The position numbers and the translations under genes are program-made. From contig JAGWLG010000025.1 in NCBI GenBank assembly GCA_028864975.1, forward strand, positions 1 to 52,222: a stretch of 52,222 nt of DNA, in the 5' to 3' direction. How positions within the stretch are numbered: the stretch's first letter is position 1; every line of letters begins with the position of its first letter. The DNA is from Thermoplasmata archaeon. Its GTDB lineage: Archaea; Thermoplasmatota; Thermoplasmata; Lutacidiplasmatales; UBA184. This document shows positions 23,897-33,391 of the stretch, piece by piece. The notes under the pieces are model-generated. The model saw only the letters and a program-made list of their open reading frames with translations. It was not told the DNA's origin and searched no databases.

Positions 23897-26395
23897 TCAC
23901 GCGGGGTCTGACCCCAGCGACTGGTGGAGCTCTCTCCATCGACGCTGAAGGTCGGAACGCCGGACCCCCAGGTGCTGGGCCTCTTCGAGCGTCGCGCGGG
24001 CCGCAGTCCGCTCTCCTCTTGCGATCTCACCCTCGGCGCGGGCGAGGAGGACCTCGAAGAGGTAGCGGGGCAGGGCGTGGACCCTCGCAAGTTCCTCCGC
24101 ATGGGCAAGGTGGGAACGCGCCTTCTCGTGGTCTCCTCGGTGGTGGGCATGCCTCCCCGCGAGGATCGCCTGGGGGAGCTCGAAGCGGGGCCCCTCGACC
24201 GGAGGGACCAGCTGCCGTGCGCTTTCCATCGCGCTCTCCGACCGGTCCAGCGCCCCCTCGTTGAGCGCGTGATGGCTCTCTCGAAGCAGGGCCTCGGCGT
24301 GGACCAACCGAGCTCCGTGCTCTTCCCCCCAGGTCGAGACGTTCTGCAGCCTGCGGAACCCCTCTTCGGTCCGCTTCCGGAGGAAGTCGAGCTCCGCCAG
24401 CGGGATCCCCAACCGGACCTTCCGAAGCTCGTCCCCGCCGTCCTCGAAGACCCGCAGGGCACGGGCGTAGAGCGCGCGGGCCCGGTCGGTCTCTTCGTGC
24501 TCTTCGAGGTAGTAGTCTCCCAGCCGGCGGCAGGCGTCGCCAAGGAGGACGAGGTCCGGCTGCCCCTCGGCGAACCGCAGGGCCCCGTCCGCTCGCGCCA
24601 AGGCCTCGTCCAAGTCGCCCAGAGCGAGCGCGGCCTCGGCCAGGAGCCCTGAGGCCTCGATCTGCGTGATGGAGGGTCGCGTCTCGTGCGGCGCCGGCAG
24701 GAGCCCCTGGACCCGACGGCGGGCCTCGGTGTACTTCCCCTGATGGAGGTGGGTGCGCGCGAGCGCCAGCTGGACCGCTTCGTGAGGCTCGGCCGGCAGG
24801 AACATCGTGAACGCGTCCATCAACCGCTCCTCCGAACGGCGTAGCTCCCCGGCTTCCGCGAGCACCTCCCCCAGGCGCAATAGGACCTCGCGCTCCTGTT
24901 CGCGATGCTCCTTCTCCGTGGGAGGAAGCCTCTGCACCGATTCGAGCGCCCGCTCCAGCGCCTCGCGCGCCTCCGACACCCGCCCGGCGTGTCGCGCGAC
25001 ATGGAAGAGGCGGGTGTTGTACTCGAACGATCGCAGGTCGTGCCGTCCCAGATGGAAATGGACCGAGAGGTCGCGGACCCATGCCTCCTCTCCCCGAGGG
25101 CCTGGACCCAGGACCTCCATCACCTCGGCCAATCGTCGATGCATCCGGCGCCGCCGCGTCTCGGTCAGCATCGACAGGAGACGCTGCCGCTCCTCCTCCT
25201 CTCGGAACCGATAGCGCTCGTCCGGGAGCTCCTCGAGCACACCCGAGCGGACGAGCCGCTCGAGCGACCGGGCGACCTCCTCCTCATCACCCTCGGCGAC
25301 CTTGGCCAGGGCCGCAAAGGGGAACTCGTCGCCGAGCAGCGCGCCATACGCGAGGAGCTTCTCGGCGAGCTCGCTGACCTTTCCCCGGTTCCTCGACGAC
25401 CTCGAAGGTTCCTCTCGGACGCGGTCGGCACGAGGGCCCTCGGTAGGGGACGCACTCTCTCCACTTCCTCCCCCGCGGACCGCGCGGCCCCGCTCGCCCC
25501 GCGCGAGCCGTTCCAGGAAGAGCGGGTTCCCCTCGCTTTCGGCAAAGAGGCGTGTCACCGTGTCAGGGTCCGGTGGTTGGTCGGCGTTGAGCCAGCGGAG
25601 GTAGTCGCGGACCTCGTCCATGTTGAACGGGCGCACCGAATGGACCTCCAGGCCCCCTTCCCTCCCCAACGACTCGAGGACCTCTCGGGAGGGAGCCGCC
25701 AGTTCCTCGAGAGGGAGGGAGGTGAGCATTACTCCCAGGGGCAGGCCAGGGGCATGGCGGATCAGGAACTTCGCGAACTCGAGCGTCGTGCTGTCCGCGA
25801 AGTGGACATCCTCCAGGACGAGGAGGAGCGGTTGACGATGGGCGACGTTCGCGAGGGTCTGGAAGAGTCGGTCGAAGAGGGCCAAGCGGTCCTCCTCCAC
25901 CCCGGCTCCGGCACGGTCGAGGGACGCCCAAACACGGTCGGGGCCCTCCTCCGAGGAGCTCGGTTCCGTCGCGGGCCCTTCGGGCCCTCTCCAGGCCATG
26001 AGCCCCAGCGGAAGCAAGCTGGTGGGGGCATGACGTTCCGGGGTCCAGATCGAACGGAGCGCCCCGTCCGGGCCTTCGCTCCCTCGGAGCTGTCCCGGGG
26101 TAAGGCCACGGAGGGCCTCCTTGATCGTCTCGAACGGCTGGGGGATCTCGCGCGGCTGCGCCCGTCCCTCGAGCACCACGAACCCCCCTCGGCGGGCCTC
26201 CTCGGAGAGCGTGCCTGCGACGGCGCTTTTGCCGATGCCGGTCTCTCCCACCAAGAGCACCGCCGCGCCCTTCCCATCGCGCGCGCGCTCGAGCCAGACG
26301 AAGAGCGCGTCCAGGAGCTCGCCCCTCCCGACGAAGGGGTGGGCCGCCGTTGTGGCGGAGGGGGGACGCGCGAGGGCCACGGACGGCCAAGGCAT
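23897..26395 (-). CDS. STAND-like AAA ATPase (AAA_16 type) with winged-helix and TPR repeats, no effector domain
   Basis: FVGRGEL, Walker A GETGIGKS (26225-26248), Walker B LLLVLEDVH, SEGNPLFL (GxP), then helical TPR-like repeats to the C-terminus. Confidence 0.85.
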   Translation of the reverse strand: MPWPSVALARPPSATTAAHPFVGRGELLDALFVWLERARDGKGAAVLLVGETGIGKSAVAGTLSEEARRGGFVVLEGRAQPREIPQPFETIKEALRGLTPGQLRGSEGPDGALRSIWTPERHAPTSLLPLGLMAWRGPEGPATEPSSSEEGPDRVWASLDRAGAGVEEDRLALFDRLFQTLANVAHRQPLLLVLEDVHFADSTTLEFAKFLIRHAPGLPLGVMLTSLPLEELAAPSREVLESLGREGGLEVHSVRPFNMDEVRDYLRWLNADQPPDPDTVTRLFAESEGNPLFLERLARGERGRAVRGGGSGESASPTEGPRADRVREEPSRSSRNRGKVSELAEKLLAYGALLGDEFPFAALAKVAEGDEEEVARSLERLVRSGVLEELPDERYRFREEEERQRLLSMLTETRRRRMHRRLAEVMEVLGPGPRGEEAWVRDLSVHFHLGRHDLRSFEYNTRLFHVARHAGRVSEAREALERALESVQRLPPTEKEHREQEREVLLRLGEVLAEAGELRRSEERLMDAFTMFLPAEPHEAVQLALARTHLHQGKYTEARRRVQGLLPAPHETRPSITQIEASGLLAEAALALGDLDEALARADGALRFAEGQPDLVLLGDACRRLGDYYLEEHEETDRARALYARALRVFEDGGDELRKVRLGIPLAELDFLRKRTEEGFRRLQNVSTWGEEHGARLVHAEALLRESHHALNEGALDRSESAMESARQLVPPVEGPRFELPQAILAGRHAHHRGDHEKARSHLAHAEELARVHALPRYLFEVLLARAEGEIARGERTAARATLEEAQHLGVRRSDLQRRWRELHQSLGSDPA

Positions 26396-26455
26396 GCGTC
26401 GGTATATCTTGCGGACCGTCGAGCGGGTCGACGGGTCCCGCGCACCGGCCCGCCG

Positions 26456-28090
26456 TCAGGGGGTCGGACGCGGGGGGCTCTCCGCGCCAGGGCCCTCCGG
26501 GGTCGAAGGGACCTCCGGCGGTCCGCGAGCTTCCCCCCCGGTCGGTAGGCCTAGCTTCTCCCTTAGCTCACGGTGCTGGGGAATGAGCGCCGTCGCATAG
26601 GCGTCCACGTCCATCCCTTCCGCCCGTTCAAGTTCGGTGCGCGCCCGCTCCGGGTCGCCCCAGAGCTGGTAGAGGAGGGCGAGGCGAAGGTGCATCTCGG
26701 AGATCTGCGGGGGATAGCCCATCTCCTCCGCCATTCGAAGGGAGCGTTGGAAGGAGGCCTCCGCCTCACCGTACCTTCCGCGGCGGATGGCCAGAAGGCC
26801 ATCGTTCATCGCGATCTGCTGCAGGGCGATGGGGTCCTGCAAACGCTCGAGGATCCGACGGGCCTCGCGGTTGTCGCGCTCGGCCTCGTCCAGCTGACCC
26901 AGGGTCAATCGGAACTCGACGGCGTTGAAGAGGGTCCATCCGGCCATCCGCCGATCGTGGGCACGCTCGGCGAACTGGTGCCCTCGCTCGAGCCACTTCA
27001 CGCCCTCGGCGGGGTCCGTGGGTCCCACCGCCACCGCGAGGTTGTTGCAGGCCCGAGAGGCTTCGTGCCAGTCCCCTGCCCGCTCCACCATCTGGAGGGC
27101 CCGTCGGTAGTATTCCACGGCCTTGAGGACATCGCCCTCTTTCCCCGCATTCGAGTAGGCGTTCCCGAGGTCGACGTAGCAGCGGGCGATCTCTTTTGCG
27201 TCCGCGGTGGGGTCGAGCAGTTCCAACGACCGTTGCCCTTCGTCGATGGCCAAGTGATTGTTCCCCTCGAGCGATGCGATACGTCCCATCAGGCGGTGGA
27301 CGCGAGCAAGTCCCCGGCGGTGCCCTTCCTTCTCGAGGAGCTGCAGGGCGTCAGCGCAGAGCTCCCGGCCGCGATCCCCCTGGGCTTGGTTGCGGGCCAC
27401 TTCGGCCCGGGCGAGGAGGATGAGCGCCCGGAGCACGGACTTCTGAGGAGGGACCAGCTCGAGCGCCTCCACGTACAGTCGGTCGGCCTTCAAGTCGTCG
27501 TTCATGAGGCCGTAGAGCTCGCCGAGCTCGAGCAGCAGGCCGGCTTCCTCCTCGCGGTGGTCTCCTTGGAGCTCCCTCAGGTCGGCCCGGGCGCGCTCCA
27601 GGTGGTGGGCGGAGATCTCGGGGGCCAGGGCCTCCCGGGCCAGGCCCGCGGAACGGCGGTTGTACCGATAGGAACGGTCGTGGACACGGCCCAGGAAGTA
27701 GTGCCGACCCAGCTCTGGCAGGACCTCCGCGGGGGGGTCCGGATACAGCTGTTCGTACGCCTCGCCGATCTTCCGGTGGATCACACGGACCCGGCTCTCC
27801 GTCATCTCGCGGTAGAGTCGCATCCGAACGTCCTCCTGGACGAAGCTGAAGCGCTCGCCCCCCGGTCGCTCCCGAAGGAGTCCCTGGTGGACCAGCCGCT
27901 CGAGCAGCTCGGCCAGAGGCTCTTCGGAAAGTCCCGTCGCGGTACGCAGGAGCGCGAAATCGAACTCCTTCCCGATGGCGCTGGCGTAGGCCAGCACCCT
28001 CTTCTCTTCGTCCGAGAGCCGCTCCAGAGGAAGGTTCGCCCGCTCCCAGGTGGGGGTTCTCGGAGCCGGGGCCGACACAGGAAGAACCAT
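26456..28090 (-). CDS. Winged-helix + TPR protein, ATPase-less paralog of the adjacent STAND protein
   Basis: VLAYASAIGKEFDF..LERLVHQGLL..IHRKIGEAYE aligns by eye with LLAYGALLGDEFPF..LERLVRSGVL..MHRRLAEVME of the neighbour. TPR motifs include CYVDLGNAY and ACNNLAVA. ATG 28090 is preceded by GGGGAAGAGG. Confidence 0.85.
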   Translation of the reverse strand: MVLPVSAPAPRTPTWERANLPLERLSDEEKRVLAYASAIGKEFDFALLRTATGLSEEPLAELLERLVHQGLLRERPGGERFSFVQEDVRMRLYREMTESRVRVIHRKIGEAYEQLYPDPPAEVLPELGRHYFLGRVHDRSYRYNRRSAGLAREALAPEISAHHLERARADLRELQGDHREEEAGLLLELGELYGLMNDDLKADRLYVEALELVPPQKSVLRALILLARAEVARNQAQGDRGRELCADALQLLEKEGHRRGLARVHRLMGRIASLEGNNHLAIDEGQRSLELLDPTADAKEIARCYVDLGNAYSNAGKEGDVLKAVEYYRRALQMVERAGDWHEASRACNNLAVAVGPTDPAEGVKWLERGHQFAERAHDRRMAGWTLFNAVEFRLTLGQLDEAERDNREARRILERLQDPIALQQIAMNDGLLAIRRGRYGEAEASFQRSLRMAEEMGYPPQISEMHLRLALLYQLWGDPERARTELERAEGMDVDAYATALIPQHRELREKLGLPTGGEARGPPEVPSTPEGPGAESPPRPTP

Positions 28091-28212
28091 CCTCTTCCCC
28101 CTCAAGAAACCTCCTCGGCGGAGCTTCGCGGGCTCGTGGCCAGGCCCGCCAGCGAGGATCGCGGCGCCTCCCCCAAGCTTAAGAAGAGCCACGGGAGTCG
28201 CCCTCGCCCCCC

Positions 28213-28506
28213 ATGGCCGAAGAAGATCCTGGGAAGACCGGCACCGACCGCAAGGGACGGTCGAAGCGGAGCCCCGCGGGGGCTCGCCGCCGGATCCCTC
28301 TACCTACCGCGCGTCAGGTGGGTTTCGGTCTGTTCGGCCTGCTCGTCGCCCTCGCGGCCGCGTTCTACGTGTGGTGGGGTGTGGCCTTCGGGCATTGGAT
28401 CGACAACGGGGTCTATGCGATCGTCTCGACCCTTGTGGCGTTCGGCCTGGCGGGCATGTGGCTCACCCTTCCTCCACGTCCTCGTTCGAACGTCGCTCCA
28501 GCGTGA
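28213..28506 (+). CDS. Small membrane protein (2 TM), unknown function
   Basis: Basic N-terminus followed by two hydrophobic segments. Confidence 0.65.
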   Translation: MAEEDPGKTGTDRKGRSKRSPAGARRRIPLPTARQVGFGLFGLLVALAAAFYVWWGVAFGHWIDNGVYAIVSTLVAFGLAGMWLTLPPRPRSNVAPA

Positions 28507-28585
28507 GCCCCGCTCGACCCTTGGACGGTCCCCCGAGGGACCCTGGGCAGAGAGGGTCGCGGAACGAAGGACGGCCGCCCGGGTC

Positions 28586-30016
28586 CTATATCGGCCGACC
28601 GGCGGCGGCCCACCGGCTGGGACCCGAGCCGCAGACGATGCACGGCGGGGCTTCGCCTTGGACGATGTCCGCTGGTGAGCCTCCCTCGATCGTCCCCAAG
28701 AGGCCGCCCTCCACGACCTCCTCGACCTTGTGGCCACACGCCTCCTTCCCGCACCAGCCGATCAGGTAGACCGCTTTGGGTCCCTTGAGGTCGGAGAGCT
28801 CCTTCGCACGTGCGATCGCGTCGCGGAAACGAGCCTGCGCGCGGTCGGCCAGTGTTGTGAGGAAGCTCTCGAGCTCCGCGCGAACCTCCGAGAGCAGCTC
28901 GGCCTGGGGGACCTTTCGCTTCTTCCCGAACCGGTCCGCGAGCGTCGCGGCCTTCTCCTCGACCTCCCGAGGTCCGAGCTCGATCCGCAACGGCACCCCC
29001 CGGCTCTCCCAAGCGTAGTACTTGGCTCCTGGGCGGTCCTCCGACAGGTCGACCTTGACGCGGAGCCCGCCGGCCGAGAGCGTGGAGCCGAGCGCCCTCG
29101 CAGCTCCTTCGACGGCCTCCTTGGACCCCTTGCCGGGGACGGGAACGATGGCCACCTGCACCGGGGCGAGCGCAGGGGGGAGCACCAGGCCTTTCTCGTC
29201 GCCGTGGACCCCGACCACGCCCCCGATGAGCCGCTCGGAGATACCGTAGGTGGTCTGGTGGCCGAAGGCCGTCTTCCCGTCCTCGGTCTCGTACTGGATC
29301 CCGTAGGGCTTGGCGAAGTTGTCGCGGTAATGATGGACCGTGCCGACCTGCAGCGTCCGAGCGTCGCCGAAGGGGATGTCGAGCCCGAGCGAGTAGTGCG
29401 CGCCCGGGAACTTGTCCCACTCCGGGCGCTTGTTGATGAGGTACGGGAGGGCAAAGCTCCGCGCGACCTGCTCGAACGAGCCCAGGTCCTCCTGGACCTG
29501 GCGGGTCGCGCTCTCCTCCGTGGGGTGGACGGTGTGCCCTTCGTAGAAGTGGATCTCCCGGATGCGGAGCAGCGGGCGCGTGGACTTGGTCTCGTACCGG
29601 AAGACGTTACAGATCTGGAAGGTCCGCAACGGCAGGTCCTTGTGGGAGCGCACCCACAGCGCGAACATCGGGTACATCGCCGTCTCGCTCGTCGGGCGCA
29701 GACAGAGGTTGATGTCGAGCGGGGTGTTGCCGCCCCGGGTGACCCAGTAGACCTCCGCCTCGAAGCCCTTGATGTGCTCGGACTCCTTCTTGAGCTCCGT
29801 CTCAGGGATCAGGGTCGGGAACGAGACCTCCTGGTACCCGATCGGCCCGACCGCGTTGCGCAGGGTCTGGTCGAAGAGGGAGCGGATGCTGAGCCCGAAA
29901 GGGGGCCAGACGTTGAGCCCCTTGACCGGGTAGCGCTTGTCCGTCACCTGGGAGCGCTCGAGCACCTCGTTGTACCACTCGAAGAAGTTCCCCTCCTTCT
30001 TCGGGAGCTCGGACAT
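28586..30016 (-). CDS. proS: Proline--tRNA ligase (archaeal/eukaryotic type)
   Basis: FFEWYNEVL..YPVKG, LRPTSETAMY, FRYETKSTRPLLRIREIHF, QTTYGISERLIG, GVPLRIELGPRE motifs. Start ATG 30016. Confidence 0.95.
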   Translation of the reverse strand: MSELPKKEGNFFEWYNEVLERSQVTDKRYPVKGLNVWPPFGLSIRSLFDQTLRNAVGPIGYQEVSFPTLIPETELKKESEHIKGFEAEVYWVTRGGNTPLDINLCLRPTSETAMYPMFALWVRSHKDLPLRTFQICNVFRYETKSTRPLLRIREIHFYEGHTVHPTEESATRQVQEDLGSFEQVARSFALPYLINKRPEWDKFPGAHYSLGLDIPFGDARTLQVGTVHHYRDNFAKPYGIQYETEDGKTAFGHQTTYGISERLIGGVVGVHGDEKGLVLPPALAPVQVAIVPVPGKGSKEAVEGAARALGSTLSAGGLRVKVDLSEDRPGAKYYAWESRGVPLRIELGPREVEEKAATLADRFGKKRKVPQAELLSEVRAELESFLTTLADRAQARFRDAIARAKELSDLKGPKAVYLIGWCGKEACGHKVEEVVEGGLLGTIEGGSPADIVQGEAPPCIVCGSGPSRWAAAGRPI

Positions 30017-30204
30017 GGTCGTGGTCCCACGGGCCAGGTTCCATGAGGATAACGATTGCTTGGAACCCGTGAGCTCGTCGCGGGCTCTTCGTGAGCGGCC
30101 GAGTTTTGCGCGCTGGAACGTGGGTAAATGCCGTCGGTAACTATTGTCGCTCCCCACTCGTACGAGAGTATATCTGGTGCGCCACCCGTGGTTCCTTCTT
30201 GCCC

Positions 30205-31320
30205 ATGCGCCTGGTCATCTGCGTTGACCGGGACGACGATCTCGGTCGAAAGGCGGGCATACGCGGTCCCGTCCTGGGCCGTGAGGCCGTCCTCGACGCC
30301 GCGATGAAGCTCGGGATCGCGGACCCGGAGGACTCCGACACGAACGCGATGCTCGCGGCGGTGAACCTGCTCGACGAGCTCCGTGCCTCGGGCGAGGACG
30401 TGGATGCGCTCGTGCTGACCGGGGATGGGCGCGTCGGGACGATCTCCGACCGCAAGGTGGCCCAGCAGTTCGACGATGTGCTCTCCAAGCTCAAGGTCAC
30501 CGCCGTCCACCTGGTCTCGGACGGCGCGGAGGACGAGTTCCTCTACCCGATCATCCAATCGCGCGCCAAGGTCGATTCGGTGCGCCGGGTCTACATCCGG
30601 CAGAGCGCAACGCTCCAGGGTACCTACATGACCCTGGTCCGGGCGCTCAAGGACCAGAAGCTGCGGACGAAGACCGTCCTCCCGCTCGCCTCCTTCCTGA
30701 TCTTCCTCGGGATCGTGCTCTCCCTCCAGGCCTTCTTCCAGGTCCAGCTCTGGGGGTACGGGGTCATCCTGCTGACCTTCCTCCTCGGGTTCTACCTGAT
30801 CCTGTGGACGTTCGAGGTCGACGAGTGGATCGTCGATCAGGTCCAGGCGTTCGGGAGCGACCTGCGGCGCGGCTCCGCCGCGGTCACCTTCGGGATCCTC
30901 TCGACCGCCCTCCTCCTCCTCGGGATCCTGCTCGGCAGCCAGTCGTACACGTCCGAGAGCAGTCCGAACGTGCTGGCGAAGGTCCTCGACTTCCTGAGCA
31001 CCGCGCTCATCTGGTGGATCGGGTCGGCCGTGGCGTTCGAAGGTGGGCGCGCGATCCGCTGGCTCCTCTCGAAGAGCCGGATCCCGGGCTCGGTGTGGGT
31101 CGCCCTCGTCTCCTTCACCGCGGCAGGGATCGAGGGATACTCGCTGATCTACCTCTTCCGGGTGATCCTCCTCGGGTACCCGGAGACCGTCCTCGTGGTC
31201 TCGCTGGTGGGCGTGGGCCTGGGGATCTTGACCGGCGGACTCGCGGAGACCCTCCGTCAGTACCTCCGTTCGTCCTCCGCCGGGGTGCCCAAGCCCGCGC
31301 TCCCGACCACGACGAGCTGA
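30205..31320 (+). CDS. DUF373 family membrane protein
   Basis: LVICVDRDDDLGRK..DPEDSDTNA and VSDGAEDE..IIQSR motifs followed by several TM helices. Confidence 0.9.
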   Translation: MRLVICVDRDDDLGRKAGIRGPVLGREAVLDAAMKLGIADPEDSDTNAMLAAVNLLDELRASGEDVDALVLTGDGRVGTISDRKVAQQFDDVLSKLKVTAVHLVSDGAEDEFLYPIIQSRAKVDSVRRVYIRQSATLQGTYMTLVRALKDQKLRTKTVLPLASFLIFLGIVLSLQAFFQVQLWGYGVILLTFLLGFYLILWTFEVDEWIVDQVQAFGSDLRRGSAAVTFGILSTALLLLGILLGSQSYTSESSPNVLAKVLDFLSTALIWWIGSAVAFEGGRAIRWLLSKSRIPGSVWVALVSFTAAGIEGYSLIYLFRVILLGYPETVLVVSLVGVGLGILTGGLAETLRQYLRSSSAGVPKPALPTTTS

Positions 31321-31323
31321 AGC

Positions 31324-32625
31324 TTACCGCGCCGCCACGCGGCGCCCGGCTCGCTCCGCGAGCGCGGGGGCAAAGATCACGCCCTCGGCGACCTTGGGAA
31401 GGAACATCGTCGACTTCTGGGCCATCACGTGATGCGCGAAGGCCTCCTGTTCGATCCCGGGGAACGACAAGGGGGGCAGCAGGAAAGCGACCCCCCCCTC
31501 TCCACGGACCTGGAGCAGGGCTTGTCGGGGGGAGCGGACGAAGCTGAACCGAGAGGGGTCGAGCCCCAGATCGCCCTCCAGGAAGCGATGAAGGAGCTCG
31601 TAGTCCTGCCCCTCCCCCGGGACGTCGTTCCCGCGGACGAGTGCCATCCGACGAGGTCCGATCGCGAGGAACCCCCGATGACCCTTGGCGCGGAGCTCGC
31701 GCACGGACGCGATCGCCTCGGGAAGTCCACCTTCCGGGGGAAGTTCGTCCACCGAGGCGAAGGTACTCCTTCCCTTCGAGAGGAATCCGTCGTAGGTCAG
31801 CTGGCTCGGCGCGAGGACCCGGTGCCAGGGCAGGAGCAGGAGCGCCTTGTCGTGCGCCTCCACCAGCATGGTCAGCGGACGCACGGGCACTCCTCGCGAC
31901 TGGAGCCGTGACGCCGCCGTGAACCGGTGGTGGCCGTCCAGAATGAGGATCCGCTCGTGGTCGAGCAAGGTCCCGATCTCCGCCGCGACCTGAGGGTCCT
32001 CGAGGCGCCAGAGGCGGTGGGTCGCCCCATCGAGGGTCGCCTCAACGAGCGGGGTGCGCGACCCCTTGAACGACAGTTGCCGTCGGTCGATCCCGAGGTA
32101 GTTCTCGATCAGGTCGTTGATGGCATGCGACTTGGGAGTGTAGCCTGCCATGATGGGGGCGAAGTGCATCCCGGTCCGCTCCGTGAGCGCGACCCGCTCC
32201 TCCACCCGATCCGTGAAGGTCCGCTCGTGGAGCGCGACCCGGGAGGAGGTCCCGGAGTCCTCGGGGAGCGCTCCCACCAAGCCGAGCAGGAGGTAATCGG
32301 GCTTCCGCCGCTCGGGCGGCAGGGCCTCGACGATCTCGGGCGCGGGGTGGTACCGGATGGCGTAGACGTAGAGCGCGGGCGACCCGTCCTGAACGAACGC
32401 TTCCGCCTCTAGGGCCGCGGAAAGGCGCTGACTCGCCAGGTCCAGGAAGGCGGGGGTCGAGAGGTCGGTCCTTCGAGAGGTGAAGGAGGCCGCGTTGTGC
32501 GGGAGGGCATCGAAACGTCGGTGGTCCTCGAGGCTCAGGGTATCGTAGACCGGAGCGACCAGCCGGGAGGCGTCGGCCCGGTCTGGGTCGGGGTGGAAGG
32601 CCCGGACCGGTAGGAGCCGAACCAC
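31324..32625 (-). CDS. DUF1015 family protein
   Basis: APVYDTL, HERT, ILDGHHR and QKSTMFLPKV motifs. Confidence 0.85.
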   Translation of the reverse strand: MVRLLPVRAFHPDPDRADASRLVAPVYDTLSLEDHRRFDALPHNAASFTSRRTDLSTPAFLDLASQRLSAALEAEAFVQDGSPALYVYAIRYHPAPEIVEALPPERRKPDYLLLGLVGALPEDSGTSSRVALHERTFTDRVEERVALTERTGMHFAPIMAGYTPKSHAINDLIENYLGIDRRQLSFKGSRTPLVEATLDGATHRLWRLEDPQVAAEIGTLLDHERILILDGHHRFTAASRLQSRGVPVRPLTMLVEAHDKALLLLPWHRVLAPSQLTYDGFLSKGRSTFASVDELPPEGGLPEAIASVRELRAKGHRGFLAIGPRRMALVRGNDVPGEGQDYELLHRFLEGDLGLDPSRFSFVRSPRQALLQVRGEGGVAFLLPPLSFPGIEQEAFAHHVMAQKSTMFLPKVAEGVIFAPALAERAGRRVAAR

Positions 32626-32638
32626 GCCCGCTGCACCT

Positions 32639-33289
32639 CTAGACCGGCTCCAGGGCCTGCCGGACGTGCTTGAGGGGGACGTCGAGCTGGCAGCGGTCGT
32701 GAAGCACCTGGCGTGCGGTCGACGCGCTCGACCCGTTGGTCCCCGCGGCCTGCCGCGCGAGTGCGCGAAGGTCCTCCCAATAGTTCCAGGGGAAGACGAA
32801 CCATCGCCAGGCGTCGCGCGGGACCTCTTCGGCGAAGTACGTGGGCACGTAGGTGGAGTGGGCGATGTGCAGGTAGGTCGCGCTCTCGACCTGGGAGGGA
32901 CCGCGCTCCGCCACGTGGCGGACCGCTAGCTGGAGGCTCTGGCCCGTGTCGGTGATATCGTCGACGACGAGCACCCTCTTCCCATCCAGACGGCCCGAGA
33001 GCCCCTCGGTGATCTCGGCCTTCCCCGAAGGGGTCGCGGTGACCCCCCAGTGCTGGGCCCTTAGGGCGGCGAGGTGCTTCGTCCCGAGCCGGTCGGCGAG
33101 CATCCGGGAGGGCACCCAACCGCCGCGGGTGAGGCCCACGATGACCTCCGGGGTCCATTTCGCCTCACGGATCTTCTGGGTCAAGACCTCGGACCAGCGG
33201 TCGATATCGGCCCAGGTCACGAGACGGCAGGGGGGGAGCTCCACGGGTCCGTGGGGTCGAGCCACATCTTGAAGATTACCGGGCCCCAC
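32639..33289 (-). CDS. Type I phosphoribosyltransferase (purine salvage, HGPRT/XGPRT-like)
   Basis: IVGLTRGGWVP, PRPP-binding VLVVDDITDTGQSL, and WFVFPW motifs. Exact start uncertain. Confidence 0.85.
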   Translation of the reverse strand: MGPGNLQDVARPHGPVELPPCRLVTWADIDRWSEVLTQKIREAKWTPEVIVGLTRGGWVPSRMLADRLGTKHLAALRAQHWGVTATPSGKAEITEGLSGRLDGKRVLVVDDITDTGQSLQLAVRHVAERGPSQVESATYLHIAHSTYVPTYFAEEVPRDAWRWFVFPWNYWEDLRALARQAAGTNGSSASTARQVLHDRCQLDVPLKHVRQALEPV

Positions 33290-33391
33290 GGGGGGCTCTG
33301 CTCCCCTGGGACCGTGTCTCCACCATGAAGAGGACGAGAAAGGAATGGCCGGGGGGAACGGTGCGCTCCCCCCGGGTTTCGGTGCTGCCCC

